The notes beneath the pieces were generated by a model. That model was not told the DNA's origin. It saw only the letters and a program-made list of their open reading frames with translations, and did no database searches. The translations under genes and the position numbers were made by a program. Positions 38,749 through 48,925 of a stretch of DNA of 64,000 nucleotides are shown piece by piece. Numbering within the stretch: the first letter of the stretch is position 1; every line of letters begins with the position of its first letter. The DNA is taken from NCBI GenBank assembly GCA_965215335.1, contig CBDCDA010000001.1, forward strand, positions 2,016,001 through 2,080,000. The letters run 5' to 3'. Source of the DNA: an uncultured Candidatus Entotheonella sp. GTDB lineage: Bacteria > Tectomicrobia > Entotheonellia > Entotheonellales > Entotheonellaceae.

Positions 38749-38939
38749 ACGTCTGTCTCCTCTCATAGAAGCATCCTTCTGCCGCATGATACCTTATCCA
38801 AACCTTGTACGGCGGCTTTCCCGCCTCTCCACATCCTTGAAGCCTCGATCATGACCGAACAGGCAGGCGCCGCGGTACGCGTCGCCGCTTGCCCAACACC
38901 TCGGCCCTCTCCTCTCCAGGCATAGCCTTTATCAGGTCT

Positions 38940-39353
38940 TCATCGTGATTTCCCCGTGGAAATCTGTTCTGCTCTTGCAGCGACGGCCTCGATCTCGATC
39001 AGAAACTCGCCCCTTACCAGCCCGGCGCCGGTGAGCAGCATCGAGGCTGGACGCGCATCGCCCAGAAAGCGAGACCGGACCTTGACGTAATCCGGGATGT
39101 CCCGCTCGTGCAGCAGGTAGTGGGTCACTTTCACCAGATCGTGGACCGTCATGCCTGCCGATTTGAGCGTGTTGACAAGGTGGCCCCAGGCCAGCTCGGC
39201 CTGGCCGGTGATGTCGGCCGGCAACCCGCCATCCAGTGCAAGGCCCGGCGTCCCCGAGGTGAACAGCCAGCGGGCGCCTGGCGGCACCTCAATCGCGTCG
39301 CTGTAGCTGCCGACCTGCGAGGCAATCCCAATGTTGTGAACGATGTTGGGCAT
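38940..39353 (-). CDS. RidA/YjgF family protein
   Basis: YS.AIEV, LFTSG, LVKV, RPAS, IEIEAVA; GGAGGAG RBS. Confidence 0.88.
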   Translation of the reverse strand: MPNIVHNIGIASQVGSYSDAIEVPPGARWLFTSGTPGLALDGGLPADITGQAELAWGHLVNTLKSAGMTVHDLVKVTHYLLHERDIPDYVKVRSRFLGDARPASMLLTGAGLVRGEFLIEIEAVAARAEQISTGKSR

Positions 39354-39501
39354 CAAGCTCCTCCTCCCTGTGCATTCAGCGGATTCATACAGAAAATTCC
39401 CGCGTTTCCGACCCGCGTTTCCGCATGGACGACGTCAAGGGGATAGGGTAGGGTAAACCCTTCCAGATGGGGACATCAATGCAGGTGGGAACAAACTGAA
39501 A

Positions 39502-40071
39502 ATGCAGGAACCAAACGGCACCCGGCGCGCAAGCAGCGGTGCTCGCGACGTGGCGACCGGCATTGCCGCCATGGCGCTGGTGGTGACGGCCTCGAACATT
39601 CTGGTGCAGTATCCGATCAATGACTGGCTGACGTGGGGCGCGTTGTCGTACCCGTTCGCGTTTCTGGTCACCGACCTGACGAACCGGCGCTTGGGTCCGG
39701 GCAGCGCGCGGCGCGTGGTGTGGGCAGGCTTTGCGTTTGCGGTGGTGCTGTCCGTGTGGCTGGCGACGCCGCGCATCGCCGGGGCGTCGGGGAGCGCTTT
39801 TCTGGTCGGCCAACTCGCCGACGTGTGGGTGTTCGACCGCCTGCGGCACCTCAAGTGGTGGCAGGCGCCGCTGGTGTCGTCGTCGCTGGGGTCGATCCTG
39901 GACACCGCGTTGTTCTTTTCCCTGGCCTTTGCCGGAACCGGCTTGCCGTGGACCACCTGGGCGGTGGGCGATCTGGCAGTGAAGGCGGTGTTTGCGGCGC
40001 TGCTGTTGATCCCGTTCCGACTGTTGCTGGGTGTGATCCGGGCGGCCGGGCAACCGGCCGTGGAGGCGTGA
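39502..40071 (+). CDS. Queuosine precursor transporter (YhhQ/VUT family)
   Basis: SNILVQYP, TWGALSYPFAFLVTDLTNR..G, AFLVGQL.D..VFDRLR, DT.LFF.LAF. Confidence 0.88.
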   Translation: MQEPNGTRRASSGARDVATGIAAMALVVTASNILVQYPINDWLTWGALSYPFAFLVTDLTNRRLGPGSARRVVWAGFAFAVVLSVWLATPRIAGASGSAFLVGQLADVWVFDRLRHLKWWQAPLVSSSLGSILDTALFFSLAFAGTGLPWTTWAVGDLAVKAVFAALLLIPFRLLLGVIRAAGQPAVEA

Positions 40072-40107
40072 GCCAGGAGCTCTGGATTATCTGGAGGAGG
40101 TGACGCG

Positions 40108-40869
40108 TTGGGTAACGTGATGGATGCCGACCTGGCGCAATTTCGCGCGTACATCGAAGACGCAGAACGCATCGTGTTCTTCACCGGCGCCGGCGTCAGC
40201 ACCGAGTCGGGGATTCCCGATTTTCGCAGTCCGGGCGGCATCTGGACGCGCTCTCGGCCCATCGACTTCGCGCAGTTCATGGCGTCGCGGGAGGCGCGGC
40301 GGGAATCGTGGCGGCGCAAGTTCGAGACCGACAAGACGCTCAGCATCGCCAGGCCCAACGACGGGCACGCCGCCATCGCCAGGCTGGTGCGGCAGGGCAG
40401 GGCGTCGTGCGTCATCACCCAGAACATCGACGGGCTGCACCAGGCGTCCGGGGTGCCGGACGAGCAAGTCATCGAGCTGCACGGCAACACGACGTACGCC
40501 CACTGTCTCGGCTGTCGCCAGCGCTATGAGCTTGACCCCATAAGGGGGCAATTCGAGCGGGACGGCGAGCCGCCGGACTGCCATTGTGGCGGCTACATCA
40601 AGACCGCCACGATTTCGTTCGGCCAGGCCATGCCGGAAGCGGAAATGGCGCGCGCCGAGGCGAAAACGAATGTTTGCGACCTGTTCGTGACCGTCGGCTC
40701 ATCCCTGGTCGTCTATCCCGCCGCCGGTTTTCCCGCCCTCGCCAAACGGCGCGGCGCCCGCCTGGTGATTCTCAACCGTGAGCCAACCGACCTCGATCCC
40801 ATCGCCGACCTGGTGCTGCACCGCGAAATCGGCCCGACCCTGGCGCGCGTGACCGGGGCCATGCCCTGA
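40108..40869 (+). CDS. cobB: Sir2-family NAD-dependent deacylase
   Basis: TGAGVSTESGIPDFR, ITQNIDGLH, ELHG, two CxxC/CxC sites, GSSLVVYPAA, ILN. Confidence 0.93.
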   Translation: MGNVMDADLAQFRAYIEDAERIVFFTGAGVSTESGIPDFRSPGGIWTRSRPIDFAQFMASREARRESWRRKFETDKTLSIARPNDGHAAIARLVRQGRASCVITQNIDGLHQASGVPDEQVIELHGNTTYAHCLGCRQRYELDPIRGQFERDGEPPDCHCGGYIKTATISFGQAMPEAEMARAEAKTNVCDLFVTVGSSLVVYPAAGFPALAKRRGARLVILNREPTDLDPIADLVLHREIGPTLARVTGAMP

Positions 40870-40897
40870 TCCGCCACGCTCTCTTGAACGGAAGACC

Positions 40898-41842
40898 ATG
40901 CCCCATACCTTCGAGATCATCCCGCGAGCCCCATACTCGTTCGACCTGACTGCCGCGCGCTTCGGGCGCTTTGCCAGTGAGATCGTCGATCTGCTCGACG
41001 GCAAGCAGTACCGCCGCCTGCTCACTGCCGGCCACCAGCTTGCCCTGGCCACGGTGACGGCCGCCGGCACGGTCGGCAAGCCGCGCCTCGCCGTGGAATT
41101 GCGCAGTCCGTCCAAGGCGCCGCTGCAGCGGGAGGCTTTCGAGGCGCAGGTGCGGCACGTCCTGTGCACCGATCTCGACCTCCGACCGTTCTACCGCCAG
41201 GCGCGCGGCAACGACCTGCTGGCGCCGCTGGTCACCCGCTTCCGCGGCCTGCGCCTGGCGGCCAGCCCGACGCTGTTCGAGGCGCTGGTCGGCGCGGTGC
41301 TGTCGCAGCAGGTCAACCTCACGTTCGCGTATTCGATCAAGCGGGAACTGGTCGAGCGCTTTGGGCGCAAATGGCGCATTGGGGGCTGCACCTACTGGGC
41401 GTTCCCGGAGCCGCGCCGCTTCGCCGAGCAGCGCGTGGAGGACCTGCGCGCCTTCCGCCTGAGCAACGCCAAGGCCGGTACGCTCGTTCGCCTCGGCGAG
41501 GCCTTTGCGTCATCCACTCCCTTCCCGGCGCCGCCCGCAGAACTGGACTCGCTGTCCGACGACGACCTCATCGCGCGCCTGACCGCCCTCAAGGGCATCG
41601 GCCGCTGGACCGCCGAAACCGCCCTGGTGCGTGGCCTCATCCGTCCCGACGTCTTCCCGGCCGGCGACCTCGCGGTCGTCAAATACCTCGCCCAAAGCCT
41701 CCTGGACAAAACCGAAAAAGCCTCCGAAGCCGAGATGCGCACCTTTGCCGAACGCTGGCGCCCATACCGCGGCCTCGCCCTCGTTTATTGCTACGCCGAA
41801 ATGGGCCGGCGGCGCGGCAAGGGCCGAGGTCGGTCCGGTTGA
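40898..41842 (+). CDS. alkA: DNA-3-methyladenine glycosylase II (AlkA family)
   Basis: FEALV.AVLSQQ, AFP.P, HhH motif LKGIGRWTAE, FPAGDL, WRPYR. Confidence 0.88.
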   Translation: MPHTFEIIPRAPYSFDLTAARFGRFASEIVDLLDGKQYRRLLTAGHQLALATVTAAGTVGKPRLAVELRSPSKAPLQREAFEAQVRHVLCTDLDLRPFYRQARGNDLLAPLVTRFRGLRLAASPTLFEALVGAVLSQQVNLTFAYSIKRELVERFGRKWRIGGCTYWAFPEPRRFAEQRVEDLRAFRLSNAKAGTLVRLGEAFASSTPFPAPPAELDSLSDDDLIARLTALKGIGRWTAETALVRGLIRPDVFPAGDLAVVKYLAQSLLDKTEKASEAEMRTFAERWRPYRGLALVYCYAEMGRRRGKGRGRSG

Positions 41843-41965
41843 CACCTTCGTCAGGGCTGGTGTCTAATCCGGCGGGCAGAATCAAGGCTTCGACAGCAAT
41901 CAGGACCGCGCCGGGCACTGATTCCGTTAGTGTTCATCAGACCATGAATTGAGAGGGATAACGTC

Positions 41966-43060
41966 ATGAAATTCGGCTTCTTCACCATCATTCCGTTCCA
42001 CGAGAGCGACACCGAGCCGCGGCTGTTTCACGAAACGCTGGAGCGCATCGAGCTGGTCGACCAATTGGGGTTTGACGAGGTGTGGATCGGGGAACACCAC
42101 TTCTCGCGGCACGGGCTGGTTTCGGGAATCAACACGTGGATGGGCGCGATTGCGGCGCGCACCCGGCAGGTGCGCATCGGCACGGCGATTACCATTCTGC
42201 CCTTCCACAACCCGGTCATGGCGGCGGAAGAAGCCGCGACGCTGGACATCCTCAGCAACGGGCGGCTCAATTTCGGCATCGGCAGCGGCTATCAGCGGCA
42301 GGAGTTCGACGGCCTCGGCGTACCGATCGACGAGGCGCGGCAGCGGTTTCACGAATCGCTCGAGGTCATCACGCGCGCCTGGACGGAGGAGCGCCTCACC
42401 TTTCACGGCAAATACACGCACGTGGACGACCTGTGGGTACTGCCCAAGCCGGTGCAGAAGCCGCACCCGCCGCTGTACATCGCCGTCAGCACCAGCCCGA
42501 CCAGCATCGAGTTTGCCGCCAGCCGCCGCATTCCGATCATCGTCGGCGGCCCCACGGACGTGATGGGGCAGGCGCCGCAGGTCGTCAAGCTGTGGCACGA
42601 CAAAATGCAGGCGTTCGGCCACGCGCATGCTCATGTCGACCTGCCGGTGGCCAGCCGTGTGTATGTCGCGCCGACGATGGACGAGGCGCAGGGTGACATC
42701 CGGGGGCTCGAGGATTTTCACGGCCGCGTGATGCGCAGCATCGGCACCACCGGAGCGCCCATCGGCATGCCGACCGACCGGGACGGCAACCTGCCGACGG
42801 GCTACGAGTTCTGGGCCAACCGGCAGCGCGACCGCGACCGTCCGGCGGCACCCGGCCAGACGGACCTGCCGCCACTCATCGGCACGCCGGCGGTGGTCAG
42901 CGAGCGCCTGGCGCTGATCGAGCAGCGCGGCATCCGTCGCGTGTTTGCCCAATTCGGCTTTCCCGGCGTGCCGCACCGCAAGGTCATGCGCGCTCTCGAA
43001 CTGTTCGGCACGCAGGTAATGCCGCAGTTTCGCGCCCAAACGGCCAGCGTGGCCGGGTAG
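41966..43060 (+). CDS. LLM class flavin-dependent oxidoreductase
   Basis: GFDEVWIGEHHF, AEEAATLDILSNGR, PKPVQKPHPP. Confidence 0.92.
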   Translation: MKFGFFTIIPFHESDTEPRLFHETLERIELVDQLGFDEVWIGEHHFSRHGLVSGINTWMGAIAARTRQVRIGTAITILPFHNPVMAAEEAATLDILSNGRLNFGIGSGYQRQEFDGLGVPIDEARQRFHESLEVITRAWTEERLTFHGKYTHVDDLWVLPKPVQKPHPPLYIAVSTSPTSIEFAASRRIPIIVGGPTDVMGQAPQVVKLWHDKMQAFGHAHAHVDLPVASRVYVAPTMDEAQGDIRGLEDFHGRVMRSIGTTGAPIGMPTDRDGNLPTGYEFWANRQRDRDRPAAPGQTDLPPLIGTPAVVSERLALIEQRGIRRVFAQFGFPGVPHRKVMRALELFGTQVMPQFRAQTASVAG

Positions 43061-43071
43061 CGGGGCGCGGT

Positions 43072-43926
43072 ATGCAGGTCGTTGCGGACATTGCCGCCGT
43101 TCGCCGTGCACGCCACGCCGACCCCTCGGCCACCTGGGGAATCGTGCCCACCATGGGAGCCCTGCACGCGGGGCACCTCAGCCTGGTGCGCCAGGCCCGT
43201 CGGGACAACGCCCGCGTCGGCGTCAGCATCTTCGTCAATCCCGCCCAGTTTCACAATCCCGACGATCTGGCCACCTACCCGCGCGACCCGGAGCGCGACC
43301 TCGCCTTGCTGAAACAGCAAGGGGCCGACCTGGTGTGGACGCCGGCGCCGGATCAGGTATATCCCCCTGGTTACCAGACCTATATCCACGTGGAAGAGGC
43401 GTCCCGTTCGCTGGAGGGCGCCGCGCGGCCCGGCCATTTTCGCGGCGTGGCCACCGTCGTTGCCAAACTGATGAACGTGTTTCAGCCACAGCGCGTCTAC
43501 TTCGGACAGAAGGACGCCCAGCAGGTGGCGGTCATCAAGCGCATGGCGGAGGACCTGAACTTCCCGCTGCTGGTTGTCAGTTGTCCCACCGTGCGGGAGC
43601 CGGATGGCCTCGCCATGAGTTCGCGCAATGTCCTGCTATCCCCGCAAGCGCGCCCGCATGCCACCTGCCTGTTTCGCGCCTTGCAGGCCGGCAGCGATGC
43701 CTTCGCGCAGGGAGAACGCCAGGCGGAGGCGTTGCGCGCTGTCATGCGGACGGTAGTGGCCGCCACGCCGATGGCGCGGGTCGATTACGTCAGCGTCGCG
43801 CACCCGGCAACGCTGGCGGAGATGGACGTCGTGGAGGCCGCCGCCCTGCTGTCGCTGGCGGTCTTCGTCGACGAGGTGCGGCTGATCGACAACGTGACGG
43901 TGAGGGAGATGGCCCACGGCGATTGA
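43072..43926 (+). CDS. panC: Pantoate--beta-alanine ligase
   Basis: VPTMGALHAGH, SIFVNPAQF, RPGHFRGV, FGQKD.QQ, REPDGLAMSSRN, RLIDN. Confidence 0.96.
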   Translation: MQVVADIAAVRRARHADPSATWGIVPTMGALHAGHLSLVRQARRDNARVGVSIFVNPAQFHNPDDLATYPRDPERDLALLKQQGADLVWTPAPDQVYPPGYQTYIHVEEASRSLEGAARPGHFRGVATVVAKLMNVFQPQRVYFGQKDAQQVAVIKRMAEDLNFPLLVVSCPTVREPDGLAMSSRNVLLSPQARPHATCLFRALQAGSDAFAQGERQAEALRAVMRTVVAATPMARVDYVSVAHPATLAEMDVVEAAALLSLAVFVDEVRLIDNVTVREMAHGD

Positions 43927-43930
43927 CGGG

Positions 43931-44222
43931 TTACGACGTCATCAGGCGGCGGGACAAGTCGAGAGGCGCGGCGTCGCGGGCCTGGGCCAGTTCGAAGCCG
44001 GGTCCGGAAGGCTCCATAAAGGTAATGGCGTCGTAGAAGTCGTCCAGAGGTATGAACACGCCGTTGTTCTCAGCCCAGCGGCGCATACGCTGATTGCAGG
44101 CGTGTACCCAGGACAGAATCTCCATGCGCCAGTCGCGCCGATGCATGCGTTCCAGCGTGCTGTGAAAGCCGGCCCCTTCCAGGTAACCGGCGCCGTCGCC
44201 GGTAAGCAGTGCCACTCGCTTT
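43931..44222 (-). pseudogene. C-terminal remnant of a NYN (PIN-like) domain protein
   Basis: VALLTGDGAG...GF...LERM....W.MEILSW...C...W....G.FIPLDDFY; no start codon, abuts the stop of the VOC gene. Confidence 0.65.
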
Positions 44223-44225
44223 GCG

Positions 44226-44762
44226 TTATCCGTCCATCGGCCAGACCGTGCGAATGGGGTCGGCGCCATCCCAGTCGCGCGCGGCTTCGGCAATGCGCCG
44301 AAACATCCGCCCCTTGGGGCCGCTGATGTCCGACAGCTCGACCACCGTGCCGGGATGCCCTTCGGTCTGGAAGTAGACGAAGCGTCCCGGCTCCCCGACG
44401 CGTCCTGACTGCCCAATGGCGTAGCCGGCATCGACGGCGCGCGCGAGGTCGGCTTCGAACTTGGCTGTCCAATAGGCGACGTGCTGCAGGCCCTCATGCC
44501 CCGCCTCCAGGAAGTCGCGGTACATCGACGGCGCGTCGTTGCGCTGCTGGATGAGTTCGACTTGCAGCGCGCCCGAGTTCGCCAGGGCAATCGAGACCTC
44601 GGCAGATGAGGGCACCCCCTTGTAGGCGAAATCCACGATCGGCGCCCGTTCGACGTAATACCACGGACCGACGCCCAACACCTCGATCCAGTGCCGTATG
44701 GCGGTCTGGATGTCTCGCACCACGTAGCCATTCTGGGTAACGGCCCCAAAGAAACGGCTCAT
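44226..44762 (-). CDS. VOC/glyoxalase family protein
   Basis: QNGYVVRD, LGVGPW, QVELIQ, GLQHVAY, VVEL; GAGGAG RBS. Confidence 0.9.
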   Translation of the reverse strand: MSRFFGAVTQNGYVVRDIQTAIRHWIEVLGVGPWYYVERAPIVDFAYKGVPSSAEVSIALANSGALQVELIQQRNDAPSMYRDFLEAGHEGLQHVAYWTAKFEADLARAVDAGYAIGQSGRVGEPGRFVYFQTEGHPGTVVELSDISGPKGRMFRRIAEAARDWDGADPIRTVWPMDG

Positions 44763-44879
44763 CTGTTCTCTCCTCTATGGTGGCGATGTTCTCAAAACAA
44801 CAGCATGACCGCCCAATGGCGGCTCCTGCTTGCGAAATCGCACCCTCTTCCTTGGTTCCGTGAGTCGGTCCTTGCCTCA

Positions 44880-44985
44880 CGCGAGATCAAATCCTCCGCC
44901 CAAGCGGCGCTGAAGCCGGCGCTGTAGCGGAACCGCCGATGAGCGGGAAGCCCCATGTTGTCCACGAAACTGCCGGTGACGCATT
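44880..44985 (-). pseudogene. N-terminal fragment of a DNA modification methyltransferase
   Basis: TGSFVDNMGLPAHRRFRYSAGFSAAWAEDLI resembles the P.HRWF.Y..GFS N-terminus of N4/N6 methylases; the frame degenerates afterwards. Confidence 0.55.
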
Positions 44986-45181
44986 GCATCCTCCCTGGTC
45001 AGCGTCACGCCCGTCCGTTTTCAGTCCCAACGACGGCAAGACCTCCCCGCTGTCAGCCCCCGCTTGTGAAATCCGCGGGCAAGCGGTAGACTGAGACCCC
45101 TTCCAACCGTGCCGGCTGGCCGCGGTGCAGCGCAAGCCATTGGCCACACAGTCCAACCCTCGAATAATACGGAGTTACCGC

Positions 45182-45814
45182 ATGGAAAGTGGTATCCATT
45201 GGTTCGACCTGGCGACGATTGTGGTCCTGATCCTGAGCGGTATCTGGAGCCTGTTTCGAGGGTTCTTGCGGGAGATGCTGTCGTTGCTCGGCTTTGTCGT
45301 GGTGGTGACGCTGGCGGTGTACGCCTCTCCCTACGTGTTTGATGCCCTGGAGGGGATCGTCAGTGAGAACTGGGTGCGGCAGGTTGTCGGCATGGCGCTG
45401 GTCTTCATCGCCGCGGTGGTACTCTTCGTCGGCTTCGTCAAATTGGGCGCGGTGCTGACCCATGCGATGGGGCTTTCCATCCTCGACCGGCTGCTGGGCT
45501 TCTGCTTCGGCCTGCTGAAGGTCGTCGTCTTCGTTTCCCTGTTGTTCCTGGTAGGCAACAAATTCCTGCCCGAGCTGATGATCTTGTTGACCCATGCGTC
45601 CGTTCTGGGCCCGACGTTCGGCTACACCGCCGGCCTGCTGGAAAGGACGATCCTGGAGCAAGGTCTTGGTGTCCAGCCACCCATCACGCCGGAACAACTT
45701 CCTGCCCTCCCGGAGCCGGGGCTGCCGGAGGTTGTCGAGCCCTATGTGCCGGACCCGTTCGCCCTGGACGATCCCGCCCCCGACAATGGCGCCCCGGCGC
45801 CTGAGCCGCAATAG
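45182..45814 (+). CDS. cvpA: CvpA family membrane protein
   Basis: WFDL, RGFLRE.LSL, LSILDRLLGF.FGLLK; Pro-rich tail. Confidence 0.9.
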   Translation: MESGIHWFDLATIVVLILSGIWSLFRGFLREMLSLLGFVVVVTLAVYASPYVFDALEGIVSENWVRQVVGMALVFIAAVVLFVGFVKLGAVLTHAMGLSILDRLLGFCFGLLKVVVFVSLLFLVGNKFLPELMILLTHASVLGPTFGYTAGLLERTILEQGLGVQPPITPEQLPALPEPGLPEVVEPYVPDPFALDDPAPDNGAPAPEPQ

Positions 45815-45830
45815 CGCCGCGCTTCCCGGC

Positions 45831-46445
45831 TTATTTCATTTTCCTGGCCTGGGCCGCAGCGGCCTTGCTGAAGGTCTGCCGCACTTCCTGGTTGGCCTTG
45901 ATGAGGCGCTGCATGCGATCCGTGGCCTCCTGCCGCATGAAATCCTCCACGCACGACAGCACCGCGCGGCCTGCCAGCGTGTTGACGTTGGGAATTTCCG
46001 GCAGCGCATAGGCGTCTGGATCCTTCTGCACGGCGGCGATGCGCTCCGCGATCGTGTCGTTATCGTACATCTCCTCGAAGCCATAGCGATAACGCAACCG
46101 CACGTAATCCCGCTCCTTGGTTGACTCGCCGTCCGCGTCCTGCTGCACGATGTTTTCCATGTCCATGTCTTCCGGGCGCTTGGCGTCGCTGGCGAGGAAT
46201 TCCCCAATGGCCGTGAAATAGTTGGTGAACTCGTCCCGGTCCAGATCGTCCTGCGGAATTTTGGAGCTGATTTCCAGTTCGATGGCGTCCCCGTCGATGG
46301 CCGGCGTGCTGACCTCATACGTGATGCCGTCAAGGTGAAAACGATTCTCCCGCTTGGCCTGGTACTGCGTCTTGAACGACTCGATACAATTCGTCACCCC
46401 GTTGGAAACGAACTGGTGGAATAGCTGTTGCCTGAAACCTGACAT
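45831..46445 (-). CDS. Hypothetical acidic protein
   Basis: Clean ORF with genome-typical codon use and GAGGG RBS; no motif recognised. Confidence 0.8.
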   Translation of the reverse strand: MSGFRQQLFHQFVSNGVTNCIESFKTQYQAKRENRFHLDGITYEVSTPAIDGDAIELEISSKIPQDDLDRDEFTNYFTAIGEFLASDAKRPEDMDMENIVQQDADGESTKERDYVRLRYRYGFEEMYDNDTIAERIAAVQKDPDAYALPEIPNVNTLAGRAVLSCVEDFMRQEATDRMQRLIKANQEVRQTFSKAAAAQARKMK

Positions 46446-46681
46446 CCCTCGTGCTCCCTCTGTGCGAGACCCGCGCACGGACCGTGACGCCTTGTAAAAA
46501 CCGCTTCCGCCAACGGCTTGGCGGTGCCGAAATCTGCCCTTGCGGCATCCAGTCGATAGATACGGCTGGATATGGACGGAGTGGCGCCAGTATAGACACG
46601 CCCCCCGCCCGGCGCAACGCCGAAGCGCGCGCCGGTGCCGTTCTTGACGCTGCTCGCCGGTGTCAATTAGACTGATTGCCC

Positions 46682-48553
46682 ATGACTCTTCTGCGCGCCA
46701 GCAATATCATCAAGACCTTCGCCGGGGTGCCGGTTCTGCAAGACGTTTCCTGGCAGATCGAAGCCGGGCGCAAGATCGGCCTGGTGGGCGCCAACGGCAG
46801 CGGTAAAAGCACCCTCCTCAATCTCCTCAGCGGCGTCATGAGCGCCGACCGCGGCGCCATCGAAACGGCGCGCCAGGCGCGCCTCGGCTACCTCACCCAG
46901 GAAATGACGGCCGAGGGCGACCGGACGCTGCATGACGAGGTGTGCGAGGCGTTCCGCCCCCTGCTGGACATGCAGGCGGAAATGACCCGCCTGGAAACGC
47001 GTATGGCGCAGCAGCAGGCCAGCGACGCCGAACTGCAACGCTACGGGGCGCTGATGGAGGCGTTCAACGCTCGGCGGGGCTATGCCATGCACGCGCGCGT
47101 CGAGGCCACGCTGTCCGGACTGGGATTCCGCCCCGAGGCGCTGCAAACGTCGGTTCGGCACCTCAGCGGCGGGCAGAAGAATATCGCCGCCCTGGCCCGC
47201 GTGCTCCTACAAGAGCCCGATCTGCTACTGCTGGACGAGCCCTCGAACCACCTCGACGTGCAGGCGACGGAATGGCTGGAAGGTGTCCTGCGAGAGTACA
47301 CGGGCGCCGTTGTAGTGGTTTCGCACGATCGCTATTTTCTCGACCGCACCGTCGATGAGATCGTCGAGCTGGAGCAGCACGGCTTGCGGCGCTATCCCGG
47401 CAATTATTCCGCCTACGTGGCCGCCAAGGCGCTGCGCCGCGAGCAGCAGAGAAAGGCGTACGACCAGCAGCAGGCCGAGATCGAGCGCCACGAGGCGTTC
47501 ATCCGCCGCAACATGGCGGGGCAGAAGACCAAACAGGCACAGAGCCGCCAGAAGATGCTGGCACGCCTCGAGCGGCTCGCCAAGCCGGGCGGCGACGGAC
47601 GCCGCATGAACGTGCAATTCGCCGCCAACCGGCGCGAGAACCACGAGGTGCTGGTCTGCCGCAATCTGCAAAAGCGCTACGGTGACCACGAGGTGCTGCG
47701 ACGCCTGTCGTTCACCGTCCATCGCGGCGAGAAGGTCGGCCTGACAGGGCCTAACGGCGCCGGCAAGAGCACCTTTTTGCGCCTGCTGATGGGTCTGGAA
47801 ACGCCCGACGAAGGCACCCTGCGCGTCGGCAGCAACATCGCGGTGGCGTATTACGACCAGGAGCTGGCCGGCCTGCAAGCGCGCAACACCGTTCTCGACG
47901 AGGCGTGGCAGATGGCGCCGCATTGGACGCAGGGAGAAATGCGCAGCCACCTGGGCCGCTTCCTGTTTTCGGGTGATGAGGTGCGGCAGACCATCGGCAG
48001 CCTGAGCGGCGGGCAGAAGAGCCGCGTGGCGCTCGCCAAGCTGATGCTGACCAAGGCCAACCTGCTGGTGCTCGACGAGCCGACCAATCACCTGGACATT
48101 CCTGCCTGCGAGGTGCTCGAACAGGCCTTGGCGGACTACCCCGGCACCCTGCTGGTCGTGTCGCACGACCGCTATTTTCTGGATCGCGTGATCGACCGGC
48201 TGCTGGTTTTGCACGACGGCACGTGCACGTCGCACGCGGGCCATTATTCCGATTATCAGGCGTCCCTGGCGTCCCCGGCACCCGCTCCGGCAACGAAGGC
48301 CCGCAAGAAAGCGCCGCCGTCCCGGCGCCGCGGCGTCAAACGGCGCACGCCAGGCTCCATCGAACGTGAGATCGCCCGGGTTGAGGCGGAAATCGCCGCT
48401 CTGCAAACTGAGATGGAGACTCGTCAGGGCCCCAGCGATTGGCAACGGCTTGCCGACATCAGCAGTCGCCAGAGGGATGCCTCGGAACGGCTGCAACAGC
48501 TTTTGGAAGCATGGGAAAACAGCATGGCCATCGAAGAAGGGAGCGTGAGTTGA
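46682..48553 (+). CDS. ABC-F family ATPase
   Basis: Two NBDs (GANGSGKST, GPNGAGKST, LSGGQK, LDEP.NHLD, VSHDRYFLD), no TM helices, C-terminal coiled coil. Confidence 0.95.
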   Translation: MTLLRASNIIKTFAGVPVLQDVSWQIEAGRKIGLVGANGSGKSTLLNLLSGVMSADRGAIETARQARLGYLTQEMTAEGDRTLHDEVCEAFRPLLDMQAEMTRLETRMAQQQASDAELQRYGALMEAFNARRGYAMHARVEATLSGLGFRPEALQTSVRHLSGGQKNIAALARVLLQEPDLLLLDEPSNHLDVQATEWLEGVLREYTGAVVVVSHDRYFLDRTVDEIVELEQHGLRRYPGNYSAYVAAKALRREQQRKAYDQQQAEIERHEAFIRRNMAGQKTKQAQSRQKMLARLERLAKPGGDGRRMNVQFAANRRENHEVLVCRNLQKRYGDHEVLRRLSFTVHRGEKVGLTGPNGAGKSTFLRLLMGLETPDEGTLRVGSNIAVAYYDQELAGLQARNTVLDEAWQMAPHWTQGEMRSHLGRFLFSGDEVRQTIGSLSGGQKSRVALAKLMLTKANLLVLDEPTNHLDIPACEVLEQALADYPGTLLVVSHDRYFLDRVIDRLLVLHDGTCTSHAGHYSDYQASLASPAPAPATKARKKAPPSRRRGVKRRTPGSIEREIARVEAEIAALQTEMETRQGPSDWQRLADISSRQRDASERLQQLLEAWENSMAIEEGSVS

Positions 48554-48924
48554 ATACCCCGGATCTGATCATCCTGACCGACGCCGATTACCGGCGCTTG
48601 CGGCGTGAACTCAAGGAAGCGGGGCTTGATCTGTGCTACACGGCGCAGACGGATCAGCCGGTGCGCCTCAAGTGGTCCCCGGACCTCTTCCAACGAACGG
48701 ATTTCCTGCAGCATCTGGCGCAGCGTCGGCCAAGCGATTCCAGCTACCGCGTGGCGTCGGTGTCCCTCCTCAAGAAAGCCACCTGGTTTCAGCCCGACCA
48801 GTTCGCCGTCAGCTTCCATGCCGTCGGCGACTTGCACGGCGCGGACCTGGAAGCGTATCTGGCCGAACACAACGTGCAGAGCAGCGCCGAAACGTCCCGC
48901 GACATGCTGGCCCGGACGGCTTAG
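48550..48924 (+). CDS. Hypothetical protein
   Basis: TTGA overlap with the ABC-F stop; GGAG upstream; coding-like codon use. Confidence 0.65.
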   Translation: MNTPDLIILTDADYRRLRRELKEAGLDLCYTAQTDQPVRLKWSPDLFQRTDFLQHLAQRRPSDSSYRVASVSLLKKATWFQPDQFAVSFHAVGDLHGADLEAYLAEHNVQSSAETSRDMLARTA

Positions 48925-48925
48925 C

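Noticed and set aside
39356..39501. Possible preQ1 riboswitch upstream of the queuosine precursor transporter
   Set aside because: No preQ1-type stem-loop with an A-rich tail is recognisable.
40108..40869. Sir2 as an anti-phage effector (Thoeris/DSR type)
   Set aside because: It is a stand-alone classical zinc-binding CobB-type deacylase among housekeeping genes.
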